DNA of 64,000 nucleotides from Chrysomallon squamiferum. Lineage: Eukaryota > Animalia > Mollusca. Made by a program: the position numbers and the translations under genes. The stretch spans positions 5,084,001 to 5,148,000 of the forward strand of contig CM022675.1 in NCBI GenBank assembly GCA_012295275.1, written 5' to 3'. How positions within the stretch are numbered: position 1 is the stretch's first letter; each line of letters opens with the position of its first letter. Positions 60,782-64,000 of the stretch are shown here, in pieces. A model generated the notes under the pieces. The model saw only the letters and a list, made by a program, of their open reading frames with translations. It made no database searches and was not told the origin of the DNA.

Positions 60782-62849
60782 TTATGTATTACAAAATGGT
60801 CGATGTTACCCTCATTTTTGTGTGATCTGTCCAAAGTAAAAAACAGTTCGGTGTCAGACTTGACAACTCTACTGTCACAGCGAGAACAAAGCAAATACTG
60901 GGTGGGTCTGCAGAGAAAGTCTGAATGGCGATGGATCGACGGTAATAAAATTATTACATCGTGTTATTAATTAATTTATTTATTAATTTTTCTTACGAAT
61001 AAAATTTTATCTAACAAATATTTGTATTTACGAATGTAATGTATGTATTTTATTTATGTGTATATGTATATGTGTGTATGTGTTTATGTATGTATATATG
61101 TAATGTATGTATTCATATTTTTATTTTGTATTGCTGACTTATTAGGAATGTTATATCTCTGATGTTATATTATATTATATTATATTATTTTATATTATTG
61201 ATATCATAGGCTATAATTCTGGTAAATTTCGTGTTAATCAAAATCTCAAACTGTTATGGGCATGATCCTTGGCTAAATATCTGGATTTTGGTATTTTATG
61301 GAATTCTTTTTCTGACATTATAAACATCGGTCAAATTGTTGCTGAAATCTTGTGCTCTAAGGACCATATTGTCAATATTGTCCAAACATGTCAGATTTCG
61401 CTGGCTGTTATATCCTGAAGTACTGGTCCGATGAAGACAGTATTTGAAATGTAACCTTTTGAAGCCAGAATAGTTTTATCAAAGTGTGAATAGGTCGGTT
61501 ACAACCAGTGAATGAACTAACATGTATGTGTCTGAATGATGTGTGTGTATGTGTGTGTGTATGTTTGTGTCTGTATGTGTATATGTATGTGTGTGTAAGT
61601 ATTTGTGTCTATATGTGTGTGTATATATTTGTTTGTGTCTGTATGTATTTGTTTGAATATTCTTTGTCTTATGCATCTGAATAGACTCTGTGTAGTATTC
61701 GGGAATGTCTGTATGTGTGTCAGTGCCGCTACGATTTTTAATATTCTCTGTCCTATGTATTTGTCAGATTAGTGTCTTCATACAGTAATATTCGGGAACG
61801 CACTGTGTTTGTTTGAAGTATAAAGTGTCTGTATGTGTGTCTGTGACAAACCCGTATGATGTGTCTGACGTGTACTGTCGGTATGTGTGTGTGTCTATAT
61901 GAGTGACTGTATATGTGTCTCTATGTGTATAATGTATGTGTGCCTGTATGTGTGTCTGTGTGTGTGTGTCTAGTGTGTGTGTCCGTATGTGTGTATCTAT
62001 ATGTGTATCTATGTGTGTCTGTATGTATGTGTGTTTGTGTTTGTATGTATGTATATGTGTGTATGTATATGTGTCTGTGTATATATCTGTATGTATGTAT
62101 GTATGTGTGTCTGTATATGTATGTATGTGACTGTATGTGTGTCTGTATGTGTGTTTGTATGTGTATGTATGTGTGTATGTATGTGTGTGTATGTGTATGT
62201 GTGTATGTGTGTCTTTATGTGTATGTGTCTGTATGTGTGTCTATATATGTGTGTATATATATGTGTGTATCTATGTGTGTGTGTCTATATGTATGTATGT
62301 ATGTATGTGTGTATATATGTGTATATGTATGTGTGTGATGTGTTTAGGTATCTGTGTGTGTATTTGTGTAAGTATACGTATATGTATATGTGTATGTGTG
62401 TCTGTATGTGTGTCCTGTATGTGTTGTGTACGCAGTGGTATACAGTTGTGTTAGTAATATCAGAAGAATCTGCGACGTCTGATTTGAAGTGACAGCAGTG
62501 GTGTGGTAGTAGTTGTTTTAATTTTGAAATGTTGATGTATACGTCTTTTTAATCAGAAAATAATTTGATTTCATATACAGGTGAAGATTTTTTCGGCAGA
62601 TTCCGATTATTCCAATAACGAAAAACAGGAAAGCTTTGTGTTGAAAAAAGAATCACGTTATTGGGGATACAAAATGAAGTGGTATGTTTCTTCATCAGAT
62701 GTGAACCACAGTGTGGCATGTCAAAAGTGTGAGTATCGTGTACACACAAACAATAAACAAACAAACAAACAAACAAACAAATAAGTGTTCGTTACTCAAC
62801 ATCTCCACTAGAAAACCTATAAACAATTATAAACAATTAATTATCATTA

Positions 62850-62904
<55 letters not shown>

Positions 62905-63467
62905 GATTGTTAGTGTTGTTGTTGTTTTGTTCCTGTTTTTTGTAATTGTTTTCTTCATCCTTTTTTCAACATATTTTTCTCAGTTTTTTTTTTCTCAGTT
63001 CTTTCTTCATTATTCTTGTTATATGGACATCTCTCCCGTTTAGATTCTGACTTGCTTAACTTTATTGCAGATAAAAACACAAAATCTACAGCAAAGGCAT
63101 CGTCAACAACTGCAGAATCCTCAACTACTACAACAAACACGAAAACCCAAATTCGATGACTTCAGCACCTGAGAAAGAGTTACCACAGTTTACTACAGAG
63201 AACACGAGTCCAGTGTCAACTTCTCAGTCAAACAAAAGGGACATAACTCCACCTAAAAGCAGCGCACAGGCTGACAACAGACAAAACATACCAGGTTAGT
63301 TTGTTAGTATTTATTAGTTTCTTCGTAATCAAACAGATGTTACGTGTAAAATAATAATAATAAAATACTATAATTTTTTTTTTTAGCACTTGCTGGTGGT
63401 GGTGTTGCTGCTGTCGTAGTAATATTATTTGTTGCTGTTGTGATTTTACTGTGGACTAAACGGTACT

Positions 63468-63500
<33 letters not shown>

Positions 63501-63510
63501 TTGTTCATTA

Positions 63511-63579
<69 letters not shown>

Positions 63580-64000
63580 TGAATAATAACTGAATAATAT
63601 GAAATATTCCACTGTGTTTGTATATATGTAGGTATGTTTGTTTCTACATATATGTAGTATACAATTTTTTTTTAATTTTTAATTTTAATTTCTTCTCAGA
63701 ACACATCGATTTTGTTTTAAAACTCAGAAGTTACCAGAATCAAGAATTAATTTTAACAAAAGAAACAATGAAACCAATTCTGCTGAAGATTTACAACGCG
63801 GTCACACAAATCCGAGTTATGAGGTAACAACGACATCGACGTCGGCAGACTATGAATTTGAATCAGAAAATCAAGGAAACCACAGTGTTTACTACAACGT
63901 CCCAAGCGGAGTTACTATCAACATGGAAAACAGAAATGTTAAACGACTTCCAAATAACAGATCTACTGCTGACGACAACGATGACGACTACGACAGAGCG
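60782..64000 (+). pseudogene. Lectin/WSC receptor copy E, 5'-truncated, runs off the window
   Basis: Exon 6 remnant to 60941 (CDLSKVKNSSVSDLTTLLSQREQSKYWVGLQRKSEWRWIDG); exon 7 62581-62728 (+1 in T run, ends SVACQK); exon 8 63071-63294 (-1); TM 63387-63462 (ALAGGGVAAVVVILFVAVVILLWTKR); tail from 63700 open to the window end. Confidence 0.85.
61525..62430. repeat. Degenerate (TG/TATG)n low-complexity tract in copy E intron 6
   Basis: Direct observation. Confidence 0.9.

Noticed and set aside
61205-61520. Coding-like minus-strand patch in copy E intron (NLTCLDNIDNMVLRAQDFSNN, faintly LRR-like)
   Set aside because: Stops in all frames and no confident motif; would need a BLASTx hit.
61913-62492. 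Cys/Val/Met/Tyr-rich ORFs (also 38729-39093, 49347-49709)
   Set aside because: Degenerate TG/TATG microsatellite translations.

Overview
AT-rich, microsatellite-dense animal genomic DNA. It is probably molluscan (TTAGGG-type repeats, mollusc-style Tyr-rich receptor tails), but the taxon is an inference. Most ORFs in the supplied track are microsatellite artefacts; the real genes are spliced. The first ~30 kb is mainly transposon debris (hAT remnant, Buster/Charlie-type hAT with perfect TSD, mariner-type MITE, THAP-bearing remnant), minisatellites and a degenerate segmental duplication. It also holds two exons of a TSP1-domain gene. From ~30.9 kb to the end lies a tandem array of at least 4 paralogous + strand genes, plus orphan exon copies, for a 10-exon single-pass receptor. 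Its order is signal peptide, C-type-lectin-like domain 1 with a WSC-like domain inserted between its two halves, C-type-lectin-like domain 2, Thr/Ser stalk, TM helix, and a long cytoplasmic tail of repeated tyrosine motifs (ITIM-like, ITAM-like, NPxY). The central ectodomain exons are highly divergent between copies, while the 5' end, TM and tail are conserved. Copies are rearranged at (GA)n tracts, by a pogo transposon and next to a telomere-like satellite. One copy carries a ~107 bp intronic inverted repeat bracketing exons 3-6, which can be skipped in frame. Every copy as assembled has at least one lesion, several of them 1-bp homopolymer indels that may be assembly errors.
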